A DNA stretch of 64,000 bases from Camelus ferus (lineage: Eukaryota). The position numbers and the translations under genes were made by a program. The stretch is from positions 46,750,001-46,814,000 of the forward strand of contig NC_045697.1 in the NCBI RefSeq assembly GCF_009834535.1, written 5' to 3'. Shown here one piece after another: positions 13,640 to 26,690 of this stretch; the stretch's first letter is position 1; every line of letters starts with the position of its first letter. The notes under the pieces are model-generated. The model was not told the DNA's origin and did no database searches. It was given only the letters and a program-made list of their open reading frames with translations.

Positions 13640-13875
13640 CCCAGGCTGAATTTGGGGCTACTTCTTTGGCGTGGCCATAAAATGTTGTACATGTCTTCAA
13701 GGGCAATCAATAAATTACAGCATAATTATGTGTTTGATTGTCTCTTTTGTCTACTAGACTACAAGCTTCTTTAAGGTAGGATCGCTCCCATTTTTTCCTT
13801 TTTGTTCCCTTAGAGTTGAGTTTGGCAAAGAATAGGTGTTCAATTAAAAGAAAAATGATGGATGAGTGAAAAATG
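13640..13875. mobile_element. L2 3'-end fragment
   Basis: 'actagactacaagcttctttaaggtagg...aataggtgttcaattaaa...gatggatgagtgaa'. Confidence 0.55.
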
Positions 13876-15269
13876 AATATTTTCCTCATATTTAAAGTTT
13901 GTATATTCATTCTTCAACAGAAATAATATCTGAGATTCTAAAATGGCTCCTAAGAAACTCTTCTAATTTAAATTTTTAAAAATAATATTAATATTGCTCA
14001 GCATATCAACAGTGTATCTGAAGTAACACATAGCTATCCCACCTCCTATGCCCTGTACCACATTCTAGAACTGAATACCTGTCAGAAAGTTGGCCATATT
14101 TTAAGTCAGGTATGAGACACAGAGAAAAAGAATCTAAGTCTAGAATTCTGAAGGCACTAACTTTAACCACTGCAAACATTGCATGTTTTGAAGAATTATA
14201 CCTATCACTGAATCCATTTTCTGTTAGTCTTTATTTATAGCTAAAGGATCAATCAAATTACTCAAACTCTGGTCAGCCATAAAACAGAAGAAAGCTGATT
14301 ATATGATTTGTTTCATCTGTATTTTTGTCTGAATTTCCTTTATTCAAGACACAGCACATTTCCTTAATGACATATTTTGTGATTACATTAAGAACCACTG
14401 TGTATAAAGTATCTTATTTGGAAAGCTCAGTATTACCCAATAAAGCTGGAGCTATTGAACAGTGAAATATTAGCAGGGGTCTTGTCTGCCACTTAAACTC
14501 CCAAAGGGTAAATTGTCTCATGTTACATAACCTAGAAAAATATCTTTGTGTGTCCCACTATGTCATCACTCTCCTGAAACAATCACAACAACCTCTCAGA
14601 ATGCCTGCTGCATTCATATATGATGTGACTCATAAACTTGAATAAATAGGGAAGCTCTGAAGATAAGTCAGGTTAGGCCCTCTTTGCTCCAATTGACTGG
14701 AAAATTCTAATATAATGATTTCTTGCAATGCTAAGGTTAACTAGAATTTTTTCTAACTTTTAGCAGTTACATCTTAAATTTATCCTTGATTTACACTTTA
14801 GACTCCTTTCAAAAAGTTAGATTAAAAACAAATATACTCTCATAAGAACTTAAATCTCAAGTAAACTATTCATATGCCATCTAGCCAACATTTTTTATAA
14901 TTGTTTTATTTAAATTGATAAAAAATAATTTTTTCCCTATATTTCTCTTTCTTTCCTTTTGTTACAGCAATGGACTAGATTATTTTTATAATAGGTCAAA
15001 AATCTAGCAAAAAATGATTGAAGCAACAAAGTATTACAAACTTTGGGTATGGGAGAAAGACAAATAAATGGATTGTACCCAATCCAATAGCTTTATTCCC
15101 TAACATTATCCTTATGTCAAATAAGATTGTTAGATTTCTGGATTCCAAAACTACATAGTGACACCACTGACAGTGATGGAAAACATTGCAAAAGGATACT
15201 AACAATCTTATTTGACATATCTCCCTCATTTTACCATGAATCTCACTGCTGGCTAGATTATACCCATAT

Positions 15270-15757
15270 TTTCACAAAATCTTGCCCATCTTATACCATA
15301 AACACTTCTTAAATCCATTCACATTTTTTCCAGCTCTGCTACCAGTACCCTACTTGGAACTACCACTGTTTCTCACCAGATATTTACTTCAATAGCATCA
15401 TAACTATGATCCTCTTATCCTTGGTCTTCACTTTAGAACCAGAGTGATACGCATGTTAAAATTCAAATTTAATCATTTCTCTTCACTTCTTTTTCACTGT
15501 TCTCAGGATAAATACCAACATTTTCAACATGACCTTCAAAGCTTAACATGATCCGGTCCTGCCTCATCTCCCACTTAGAGCCCCTGTTCTCTGTCTTCTA
15601 GACGTACAACCTTCCTTCAGTGTCTTGAACATGACATTTGTCTAGAGTGTGGAACTGTGTGTTGGGACCGATGTCTAGCACAGCATGAGGCACAGAGTAG
15701 TAGGCAATAAATATGGTGATTGTGCAGATGAGTGAATGAATGCATGAATGAATGAAG
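15270..15757. mobile_element. L2 fragment with terminal (TGAA)n
   Basis: 'tctagcacagcatgaggcacagagtagtaggcaataaatat...gagtgaatgaatgcatgaatgaatgaa'. Confidence 0.65.
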
Positions 15758-17663
15758 TATAATGTTGCAAGATAATGTCATTCTGGGCAGATAAGTACTA
15801 GAATTCTTGCTCTATCATGCAAAACACACATTTTAAGTTGTTTTCTTCATAAATAAGCCACTAGTCATCACCATTGCATAATATGTAAAAAACTCAGGTT
15901 ACAACTCAAAGTACTAGCTCTTTGATTTGCATGACAAGAGATAGTCATCTGCACTATGGTTAGGAATACAAGGCTACTTTTTAAAATATGCATTAATTAA
16001 AGTATTGTTCATTCATAGGTTTAATCCAGAGGAAATATCTTTATGCGAAGATGTTAAATAATAAATTCATACGTGTAGAAAAACCCACATTTTGACTGAG
16101 AAAGGCACAGATGCATTTGAGAGTAAAAATAACTTCAATAGCAATTTCTTTGAAAGACTACAATTTTAAAACAAATATGTAGTTCAGGCTGTTTTCTGAA
16201 TGAGATTGCTGAATTGATTCTGAACTTGGAGTTGTAATTTAATCAAGTCAATCTAACCTATGATCCAGTGGATAGAAACTCAATTGTATGGAGGAGAGGA
16301 AATTAGAGAAAGATTAATATCTACTATGAATTAAACAATGTACTAAGGATGTAATATATGCTATCTCTTTCTTAGTCCTTACAACAACCTGGAGGATTAC
16401 TTGTCATTATCTGCAGTTTACTGTTAGGAAACAGCCAGGGAGGTTACACAAATATTAAGGGGCAGATATGGTATTTGTCTGACTCTAAACGCATCCCTTG
16501 ATTTCTTGTGATTAATTGCAGAGCTCTCCTTCTCATTATTTCTCCTTCTCAATAACCACCATAGGTATTTCTTATCTATAGAGATTTCCATGATATTAAA
16601 CTCTTGTTACTCCAACAGTTACTCATGTTACTCCAAGTTACCCCTAACTCTAGGTATAGAATTTAATTTATTTCAGTGCTATCTCAGTGGCTTCATTATC
16701 TTCATTTCTACCATTCTCTGAATAGGATGATTCATTGAAGATCAATTATTGGCTTCAATTCTTTCACTTTTGAAATTTGTTGTCATTTATCTGAATAGAA
16801 AATGTTGAAATTTGAGGATTCTGGTTTCATCAAAATTGTTGGCTGTAAAATAATCCTGCACACCTTCAGTGACCTGTGTTTTAATGATGTTTAATATAAC
16901 CTCATTCTAAATACTGTATGTTAAAGGCTTATTTCTGGGCTACTCATCAAGTTTTCTGTATTCTAACTTGACTTCTCACAATATATTATAAATTCTAAAG
17001 GAAATCATTTTAAAACCAAAAGCTTATATAATAACTAATATTTGGACAAAGAGTAAAATATTCTTATGCCTTCTATCAGTGTAGATTAGTAGACTCACAG
17101 ATTTTGGTTTGGTGTTATTAAACCAAAGTCAATCATAGGGATGATTGGCTGAATTTTTAATTTTCATATGAATAGTGTCTAATTTTAAAGTCAGCCCTGT
17201 CTGAATTAGCCAATTAAGATGTAGGCTCCAGTTTTATATTGCCAGTTACTTGCTAAGCATTTCTCCACCAGCTGTCTTTCTTTGTGTCTTTTATGTAAGA
17301 AAGAGAAAAAAATACTTGTTTTTTCATGAAAGTTTTATTCCAAAAAATAACTTTTATGTTTTCTGTAAAAATGACACATGGCATCAGTGAAAACAGAAAA
17401 ACTTCCCAAATCATCAACTTTTACTGAGCATGAATCCTGTGTGGATTAACAGAAAGGTGATAGAGAAATTTTTACTTAAACATGGAACCATACTATATTA
17501 TCATAAAATATTGTCAAATAAAAACAAATCTGGATTTAGATAATGAGAAGTTTTGTTCAGAAGAAAGACTACTGAAATAGGGAGAATCTTTCAATCTCAG
17601 AAATCTTCAAGCATCTCAACATCAAACAGAAAAAAGTCTTTTCTTTTGCAAGGTAAGAAGAGG

Positions 17664-18100
17664 TGTTATGAGTTGAATTGTGTCTCCCAAAAAGATATGT
17701 TGAAATCCAAATCCCCAGTACCTCTGAATGTGACCTTATTTGGAAATAGAACCATCACAAATAGTTAAGTTGAAGTCTTACTGGAGTAGGCTGGATCCTC
17801 AATCCAGTATGACTACACAAAGACCATGTGAAGATAAGAGGGAAGAATGCAGAGTGAAGGTGCAGGCAGAGAATGGAGAGATGAAGCTATAAATCAAGAG
17901 ATGCCAATGATAATGGCCATCCCTGGAAGCTAGGAAGAGGCAGGGAAGGATGGTACCCAGCGTCTCAGAGGGAACAAGGCATTGCTGACATCTTCAAGAC
18001 CTTTCCAACTTTGAGCCTCCACAACTCTAAGAGAATAAATCACTGTTGTTGTAAGACAGTTGATGGTAATTTGTTATGGCATGCCTAAGAAATGAATACA
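17664..18100 (+). mobile_element. MaLR solo LTR (MLT1B/C-like)
   Basis: TGTTATG...AATACA termini; 'cctctgaatgtgaccttatttggaaatag'; degenerate 5-bp TSD agagg/agaag. Confidence 0.85.
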
Positions 18101-18689
18101 AGAAGTAAGGAAAGTTTAGCAGGAACTTTTAAGAGGAAGTTAGGCAAGCAAGGGGAAATGACCAGGGGGTCTGATAGGAAAAGTACCGCACTGTGGTCAA
18201 CTGGGTCTTAGAATAAGCTGACAAAGGAGCTGGTCCTGGTTTTCATGCTAGCTCAGGCTTGGAGATAAGCAGAACTGACAAGAAGGATAGAAGCCTGAAT
18301 AAAGTTTAATCAAGACAAAGCAGAGGGTAAGAACTGGGTGACTGTGAGCACTTGGTCAGTATGAAATTCATTTTATTTGAATTGCAAAGGAAAAATAATT
18401 AAGCAAAATGGGAGAGACTGATGAAATTCAGATGTTTCTCTACTTTCTCTACAACAAATTACTTCAATTTCCAAAATATTTCTCCAGAGATTATTATGCA
18501 AGAGGTTATTAGAGTTGATGTTTGTTTTGTTTTAACTACAAGATTCAGCTTCAAGCAGTATCTTTTGACTCGGTGTTAGGAGAGAACTGCTTTTCACTTC
18601 CTAGTCTCATCCCAACTGTTTGTTAGGTGCATTATTAGTTTTACATTGCCAAATTTTATAGCTTGTACATAATTCCCTTAATTTTCATC

Positions 18690-19690
18690 AGTGAATTGAT
18701 CACAGGATCTCCATTCCTGAAGTATTTCTTTCATCTATCTTTTGGCTGGCTGAATTTTGGCATAGAAGCATACTCCTTTTTCTGTTTTGTTTTGTTTTTT
18801 TTTCAATTTTAATAACAGGCTCCTTGTTCTAAGTTTTTGTATTCTTGATAACATCTCTTTTCTCATTTAAACTTGAAGGACAATTGGGCTAGGTATAAAG
18901 TTCTTGAGTCATAATTTCTTTTCCTCTAAACTTTTTGCTTCTTTGTCTTCTGGCACTGAATGGGGCATTGAGTGGAGTCTCAGACCAATCATATTCATTT
19001 GTCTTGTCTAATTTGTTTTGTAACTTCCCACCTGCCAGGATGCTCTTAGGACTTCTTTCTTTATTCACTTAGGTTACTAAACTCACCAAAATACATTTTG
19101 GTACTTAACATTAGATATCAGTTTGTCCCAAGGGCACTGTATGCTGTTTTATCTGCAAATTAAATTCTTTTCATAAAAAAAAGAAAATTATTTGTTTATT
19201 TAATTTATTTTGTTCTTTTGGGGTACCAACTATGCATTTGTTGGATCCCTACTGATGAATTTTTATTTCTTTTATCAACTTGATAGTCATTTTCATGTTC
19301 TTATTCTTTCCTAGTGTGTTTTGAGTAATTTTCTCTTGCCTATTCCCTCCAAGCCTATTTGTGTCCCTGACATTATTTATTAATGTTTATTTAGCTTTCG
19401 GTGCTTCCAGTATAGCTCATGGTAGTAGAGAATTCTTGTCTCAATTTTGTTTTGAATGAGTTCTTCCAAGCCCATCCATGCTTTGTGTCATACCTTTCTT
19501 TAAGTCACATTTATTCTAGTTTTTGTTGCTTCCAACATAGATTCATGTCTCTACTCACATTTACTTTGACTTCCATTTCTATTTTAAGCTCTCCTTCATA
19601 ACTTTTTTTTTGCATTTAGTGAATTTTAATGTTACTTTTCTGTTGTTTAGTCTTTCATCCTTGAGTATTGAGAATAGAAACTACCATGTT
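18690..19690 (-). mobile_element. Very old L1 fragment (T-rich strand)
   Basis: 'cttgaaggacaattgggctaggtataaagttcttgagtcataatttcttttcc' is a reverse L1 ORF1-type segment. Confidence 0.55.
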
Positions 19691-19714
19691 TATCATACTT
19701 ACTTTGATTTTAAC

Positions 19715-20378
19715 TTTTTTTTTAAATTGAAGTACAGTCAGTTACAGTGGGTCAATTTCTAGTGTACAGTACAGTGTCCTAGTCATGCATATGCATATAT
19801 ATTCATTTTCATATTCTTTTTCATTAATTGTTATTACAAGATATTGAATATAGTTCCTTGTACTATGCAGAAGAAATTTGTTTTTTAATCTATTTTTATA
19901 TATAGTGGCTAACATTTGCAAATCTCAAACTTCCAACTTTACCCCTTCCCACCCTCTTTGCCCCAGCAACCATCAGATTGTTTACTATGTCTGCAAGTCT
20001 GTTTCTGTTTTGTAGATGATTTCATTAGTGTCCTCTTTTTTTCTTTTTTTCACTCCTGGTCATATACCCGGAGGGAACTCTAATTCAAAAAGATACAAGC
20101 ACCCCAATGTTCAGAGCAGCACTATATACAATAGCCAAGACATGGAAGCAACCTAAATGTCATCAATGGATGACTGGAGAAAGAAGTTGTGGTACATATA
20201 TATACAATGGAATAATAGTACTCAACCATAAAAAAGAATAAAATAATGCCATTTGCAGCAACATGGATGGACCTAGAGATTATTCTAAGTGAAGTAAGCC
20301 AGAAAGAGAAAGAAAAATACCATATGATATTACTTACACATGGAATCTAAGAAAAAGAGAAAAAAGAGGACACTAATG
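19715..20378 (-). mobile_element. Lineage-specific L1, 5'-truncated with 5' inversion
   Basis: Poly(T) plus reverse 3'UTR at 19715-20050, then forward ORF2-end/3'UTR at ~20051-20378; flanked by candidate TSD taactttt. Confidence 0.85.
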
Positions 20379-20482
20379 CCTCATAACTTTTAGTTTCTTT
20401 TTGTTGCTACTTAATTTTCTTTGTATCATTGTGTCTCCTTTTTCAACTGTTTCTCTGTGTGGGTATGTATATATAAGATATA

Positions 20483-20810
20483 TACCTTAGTCTATTCAGG
20501 ATGCTATTAAAAAAAAATCATAGACTGGGTAGCTTATACACAACAGAAATTTATTTCTCACCGTTTCAGAAACTGGAAGTCCCAAATCAGGGTGCCAACA
20601 TGGTCAGATGAGGCTCCTCTTCTGGGTTGCAAGACTGTTTCCTCACACGGCAGAAAGGGAAGGAGCCAGAGTTCTCTGGGGTCTCTTTTATAAGGGCAGT
20701 AATAAAAGGTCCCAAATGTCCTGCCTCCTAATACCTAATACATCACATTGGGCGTTAGGATTTCAACACATGAATTTGGAGGGAAACACAAATATTCAAG
20801 CCAGAGCAGC
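20483..20810 (-). mobile_element. MaLR LTR (MLT1A/MST-like)
   Basis: 'caacagaaatttatttctcac...ctggaagtcccaaatcagggtgccaacatggtc...catcacattgggcgttaggatttcaacacatgaattt'. Confidence 0.85.
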
Positions 20811-21044
20811 AACATCTGTCCGTCTGTCTATCTACCTGTCTAAGAGAGAGTTGTAATTTCTTTGAGAGTATAGACAATTATTTGTCAGATAATTATCTGT
20901 GTCTCTTTGGATGATTACTTTCGTGATGTACGTCTAACACTTATTGAACATTTGCTATTTGCAGACACATTTCTAAGCCCTTTATGCTAATGATCTCATC
21001 TAATATAACTGCTTCATTTGCTTTGCATATGCTATTCTCCCCTA

Positions 21045-21122
21045 CCCCTTCTCCTCCTTCTCCTTCTTCTTCTTATTTCTTATTCTTCTCCGTCTCCATC
21101 TCTTCCTTCTCCTTCTTCTTCC
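21045..21122. repeat. (CTT/CCT)n pyrimidine low-complexity tract
   Basis: Degenerate TTC/TCC repeats seen directly. Confidence 0.8.
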
Positions 21123-24100
21123 ACATTTTTTTCTGATTATTAGTCAAGTTTGAAGGAATATGTCAAGTTACTTACAGGAGAGTAAAGCACTGTGGCCATG
21201 AAGGAATTGCAGAGTAAGCTGAAGGTGGCAACAGACTCCCTCAGTGTTCTTACAGCCAGTGTTGCACACAGAAAAGCACTTTATTTCCAGTGCAACGCGG
21301 CCCTCACCACTTCTTCCCCCTTCCCTCTCTTGCACCCCGCAGTGGCAAATTCACCACGCACGCCCCCCTTCTTTTCTCAGCCATGCTCCATCTTAAACCA
21401 GGAATTGCAAACTCAAGTGTCTATAAGGACCAGATATATAGACATTATAACTATACCAGCTATGATAAGCCAATTTATTATTTACATTTTAAAAAGTCTT
21501 AAGGATTATATACTAACACACTTGCTCAATCTTATTAGAAACACTAAAAACAAGTTACAAACAGAAAGGTAAATCACATATATACACACATACAACACAA
21601 TAAAAAATAAAAGTATGAAAAACAGAGACAATGCACTGATCTCAGTAAAACAAAGAAGCTACCACAATGCTAAACCACAAACTATTAAGCAAACCAACCA
21701 AACACTGAGAAAGCTTCAGGAAACAGAGGCAGCATACAAAGGAGCAACATGTCATAGTTCTGACCTCGGGCAGGACACAGTTCTTCCCACCAATAAATGT
21801 CCCATCCTGAAGGGCATATCCAGTAATCTACATATCTGTCTATCTTTCAAAAAGTTCCTCAGTGCTTACTCTCCTTACTGCTGTGGTTTATACAGTCACA
21901 CTCACCTCTCTGGAAAAACGCATTTTATTTTTCTTAAGGTAGGGAGAGTAATAGCAACCATTAATTCTACTGATCCTTGTAAAGTGTGACTAAGTATCAT
22001 CTGCTAGCATAGTAGCTGTCAGTTTGTAGGTCTCAGGGCTGCTTCTCTTTTGACAACACATGGAAGGTAGATCATGAGCTTTCCTGACAAATTACATAGT
22101 AACAAATAAACATAACGTTTCCTTTCCACTTTACATGAAATGTTACTAACTCAGAGCGACAACACTGATTCCTAACGTTGATTTGAAAATCTGGATGGCA
22201 GTTACTATGATTTTGATTAACTTTTAAGTGGTATGGCATCTGAATTATTTGTTGACAAATTCATTTTATTTTATAGACCAAACTTTTCAAAACATGAGAC
22301 CCATATTCACTGCAGTGCATCTTATTATAATAAATGAAAGTTTTAAATCAATACAGATGTCCAGCAGTTTTGAGGTATTGAAGTAAATGTTAAGTAATCA
22401 GTAAAAATACTGGTTTTGAAACATTTAATAAAATATAAAATGTTCAGCATATAATCATAAGAAAAAAACATGCAAAATCATATTTACATTATCTCAATTT
22501 TAGGAAAAAAACATAATCTATACATAAAGTAACTCTGACAAGAAATACGTTATCTGTTAATAGTGGTTATTTCTAGGTTGTGCAATTACAGGATGAGCTC
22601 TAAGTTTCTTCTTTACATTTTCATTGAATCTTCTAAGTTGTCTCCATTAGAGTTTTTATTTATAAAAAAACTATTAAAAGTTGGGTTTTATAATAAAGAC
22701 AAATAAAATTTTATAAAAAGTGATCTATAGAAGAAAAAGTGGAAAAATAGCCCCTGGTAATGAAAAAGTTTGGAATTACTGCCTTAATGCTGTAATGGAA
22801 ATTAGCAAGATAAAAGAAAGGTGAATTACTGACTCCCAAGATGACTCCTGAGCCTCTCTCTAGGATTTAATCCTCATTAACCTTAACCAACCCCTTTGTT
22901 TCTTGACCAGCTAGAAGAATAGTCAGTCTCATCATAAAGAAGAGACATGACATGCCTCTTTAAATTCTGAAAACAAACAAGGTTAAATGAATAAAATTAA
23001 TGACAATAATCACAGGAATTATAATTTTTTAAATTAGCACATTTTTGCTGTATTACATTTTATCTTTATTGAATAACTGAAATACACTTCAGGTTGAATG
23101 AAATATACTTAGGTAAACTCTTGTGTTTTCTAGAGCCTCCAACATTTATGCCGTAATCGCTAGTAATAATAACAATACCAATAATACTAATAAGAAATAT
23201 AGTATGTCTAAAGCACTTTTTAAATGAAAATCTTATTATACAACTTAGTTTTTATCTAATGAATCAATTAGAAATTATTAAATGCAGTATATATGGTCTT
23301 AACTGAAACAAGAAACATTTAGAAAAGAAATAATTTAGTTCTTAGTTGAAAGTACCCTAGAATAACAATAAGTATAGATTTTATATTAAAATGACTGAGC
23401 CTCCCAATTTAATAAGACTATTAATTCATTTCCGGGTTTTGGGTAAAGAAGAGTTGCCTACGCCCAATTTTAAGCATTACCAATCCTCACAATTCAATGA
23501 AGAGATAAAACTGGCAGCTGAGGCAAAGGAGAAAAGTTAGCACCCTGGTGGGTGCTCTGTTTATTACCGCCTAATACCAGTCAGAATTCATTACAGTTCC
23601 AAAAAGCTCTCTGGAAAGACTTTGATTAGATTATCCAAAAGAAATTCCTTAAATATCTAATAATTTTGGAAAAGGATCTGAGCTGTATTTCAGGTAGAGA
23701 AAACACACTTTAACACTGGTTGTTTTGTTGCTGGACTTGCTACAGAAAAAGCATGTTGAACGATTCCACTGTTCGGAGTATATGTGTTTATATATTTTGT
23801 TCCGATATGAATTCTTCTCCAGGGAAAGCCTGTACCTTAAAGCATCCTGGTATGTTTCCAAGGCTCCCGTTCTCAGTCAGAAACAAAGGTGAGGTCAGTA
23901 AGGGAACCTCAACCTATTCAGCACTGGGGTCTTTGTCAGCTATCACCAATGGCAAGGTTTATGACAAATGAGGAGCCAGACTTCCAGCTGAATTTCAGTG
24001 TAGTTATTTTTGTTTTAATGTATGTGTGAATCAATTAATCCTGTCATAGAAGGGCATCGTAAACTGTGTGCCAGAGTTAATGAGTCAGCCATTATCACAT

Positions 24101-26369
24101 CATTACACCAGCTGGCATAATGTAGCATGTGTTGTTTGTCATAATATACACTGCCATGCTTAACAACCATTAATTGTTTACACGAACAGTCATATTTTTC
24201 TTCAAAGAAACTTCAGCGACTGGTTAATATTTTGAAGGCTTTTTAAGTGAATAACTATTACAAAGAAGAGACACTCTCACTAAGATAGCCCACAGAATAA
24301 GAAACTAAAATGAGGAGAAGACATTTGGAAGACAATGAAAGTCTTGGGGACCTTTCAAATAAAATCTCAACGTTGCAGAATCAACTGAATTGTTAAGACC
24401 GACTTGCACAGCTGATTCAACTGTCACTAGAAACGACCTCCTAAATGAAGGGAAAGATACTGTCTTAGGAAAAAGTTGGTGAGGTGGAATTCCTCTTAGT
24501 ATGAATCAATGTTTGTACCCATGATTCATGTATTACTACCAGGACTTCCTGACAGAAGATAAAATCATGCATTTATAGTTTTTTTTAACCATTGTTAAAA
24601 TCTTGGTTACTGTGATTTTCTTGGCTGAAGAAAGGCAGTATGTGGCCATCACAGTCCAAAGTAATAGTTTACCAGTTTTCTGGGGATTCATTTTAGGTGA
24701 CTTCTGAATGTTTTCATTGACCACATGGCTTTCTCCAGCCAAACACAGATATCACAAATAAAAGTAAAGTTTCCGAAAGCATCAGAAGCAGAAATCACAG
24801 CAACGTTTCTCTGTTTTGACTCAAAACTTATTTTCTCAGTGGAGATTTGGTCACTGGTTAACTATCTCTAAGTTAGTCAATGAAATTTAATAGAAACACA
24901 AATTTAATAAAACCATGAATGATTTTACAAGCAAGTAAGAAACTGAATACAAGTAAGGAATATTATTAGACTGAATGTAAATAATGAAAGAACCCCAATA
25001 ATGTACAGGAAAGTATTCTGCAAAGAGTATACAGTACAAGCTACTACAATTGTTGTCTCAGTAGTACTCCAGTTTTTCTTTTTAATTGTTGATATAGAAC
25101 AGTAAAATTGACTACAGAGACTTTCTCTTTGGGAAGAATTATTCCTGCTTTTTTGAGAATTTCATTCTTAGGCACTTAGTTTCAGAAGTACACAAGCCAC
25201 CATATATCATATTTTTATTTTTATAAGTGCAAACATGCACACATGTATCTTTGCATTTTAAACTGGCAAAGCAAGCTTTTGTGCTGTCCTCTATAGTGGT
25301 TATTCTATTTAATCTTCACCTGAATATATTCTTCAGTGACACAGCTGCAGTACTTAAACAAGGAAAAGCCAATACAGAATTATCTATGGTTTATTTTGTT
25401 AAAGAAGTTTTTTCAAACTTCAAGGTATGTAAGCGTTACCTATGATGGTTAGTAAAAACACAGGTGCCCAAAGATTCTGATTCAGTTTGTGTTAATTACC
25501 CTATTAATTAATTATTAATATTATTATATTATTAATTATTAATCATTGTATTGATCACATATAAACTAGAACTTAGAATCTACCTTTCAATAACTCCCTA
25601 TATGATTATGGTATAATCACAGAGACAAGGTTTCTAGGGTGTAAGTAAAGAAATAATAATAACAAAAAAGTAGAAATGTAGTAAAAATGAAGGAAAATAA
25701 TAACTCTGAACCAATCAATACCACAAAACTTCAAAGATATTTTACATTTCATCAAAAAGTAATACCCTAAGGCATTAAAATATTTCAAAACACACCATGT
25801 TTTTAAAATGTGTTAATGTTAGAATTCTGATGTATTCATGTATCAAAAATATAAAAAGTAAAACATATGCATTAATCCTTTCTGTAATTTGATGATCTAC
25901 AATTAGGTAAAAGTATTTCCATAGGGTCCTATTTTCTCTGCAGCGTCAGTACTTTCAGAACTTGAGGTGGTGAATAACATTTAAAATAAGCCTATGCTCT
26001 CTAATTTACTCTCCAAAAACATCCCAGTGATCTAGTTAGCACTACAACTGTTCCAGGATCCACAGAACTAATGGCAATATACAGACTGAACCAAGTGAAA
26101 TTGCCAGCAGTCATCTATTCTTGACCCACAAAATATGGCGATTTCATTTAGTTCAACCTAATATAAGCAGTGGAAAATATCTAAATCACCTAGTGAGTCC
26201 TGAGCTAGAGTCCCTGACACTGGAGACCACAGTGACATTTTAAATAGGATAAGCCATGAGAAAAAGATTCATGAAGGCAAATTAGTCCCTTAGCTACTCC
26301 AGATTATGTCTCACATCATGGGTGAAATACAAATGGAAATGTGAGCCTTCCTTGGAAATGAAGCAAAAA

Positions 26370-26690
26370 AGGCTGTAAGAGTTTCTTGCCTTGGGGCCCT
26401 TCCACCTCCTGGTCCTTTGCCTAGACTATTCTTCGGAGTGACTGGCTTCAGGTCTCAGATTAAATGTCAGCTCTTCAGAGACTTTGTTACCCATCTGATT
26501 TAAAGTAAGTCCTCTCCAGTCCATTCTCTCTCATGGTGCCTTACACTACACATCACAATTTGTGATTATATATTTTTAATTTTGCTCATATCACAATAGT
26601 CTGTCTCTGCATGTGTATTCTAAGCTCAAGGAAAACAAGAATCATGTCTGTAGGTGCACAATAAAAATGTGTTCCATGAATTCTATTAAT
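26370..26690. mobile_element. L2 fragment
   Basis: 'ttcaggtctcagattaaatgtcagctcttcagaga', 'taagctcaaggaaaacaagaatcatgtctg'. Confidence 0.55.

Noticed and set aside
21192..21989. ORFs of 126 and 124 aa
   Set aside because: No recognisable domain or splice structure, and they overlap probable repeat debris.
25490..25545. AT-only quasi-palindromic tract
   Set aside because: Low-complexity sequence; self-complementarity is expected by chance.
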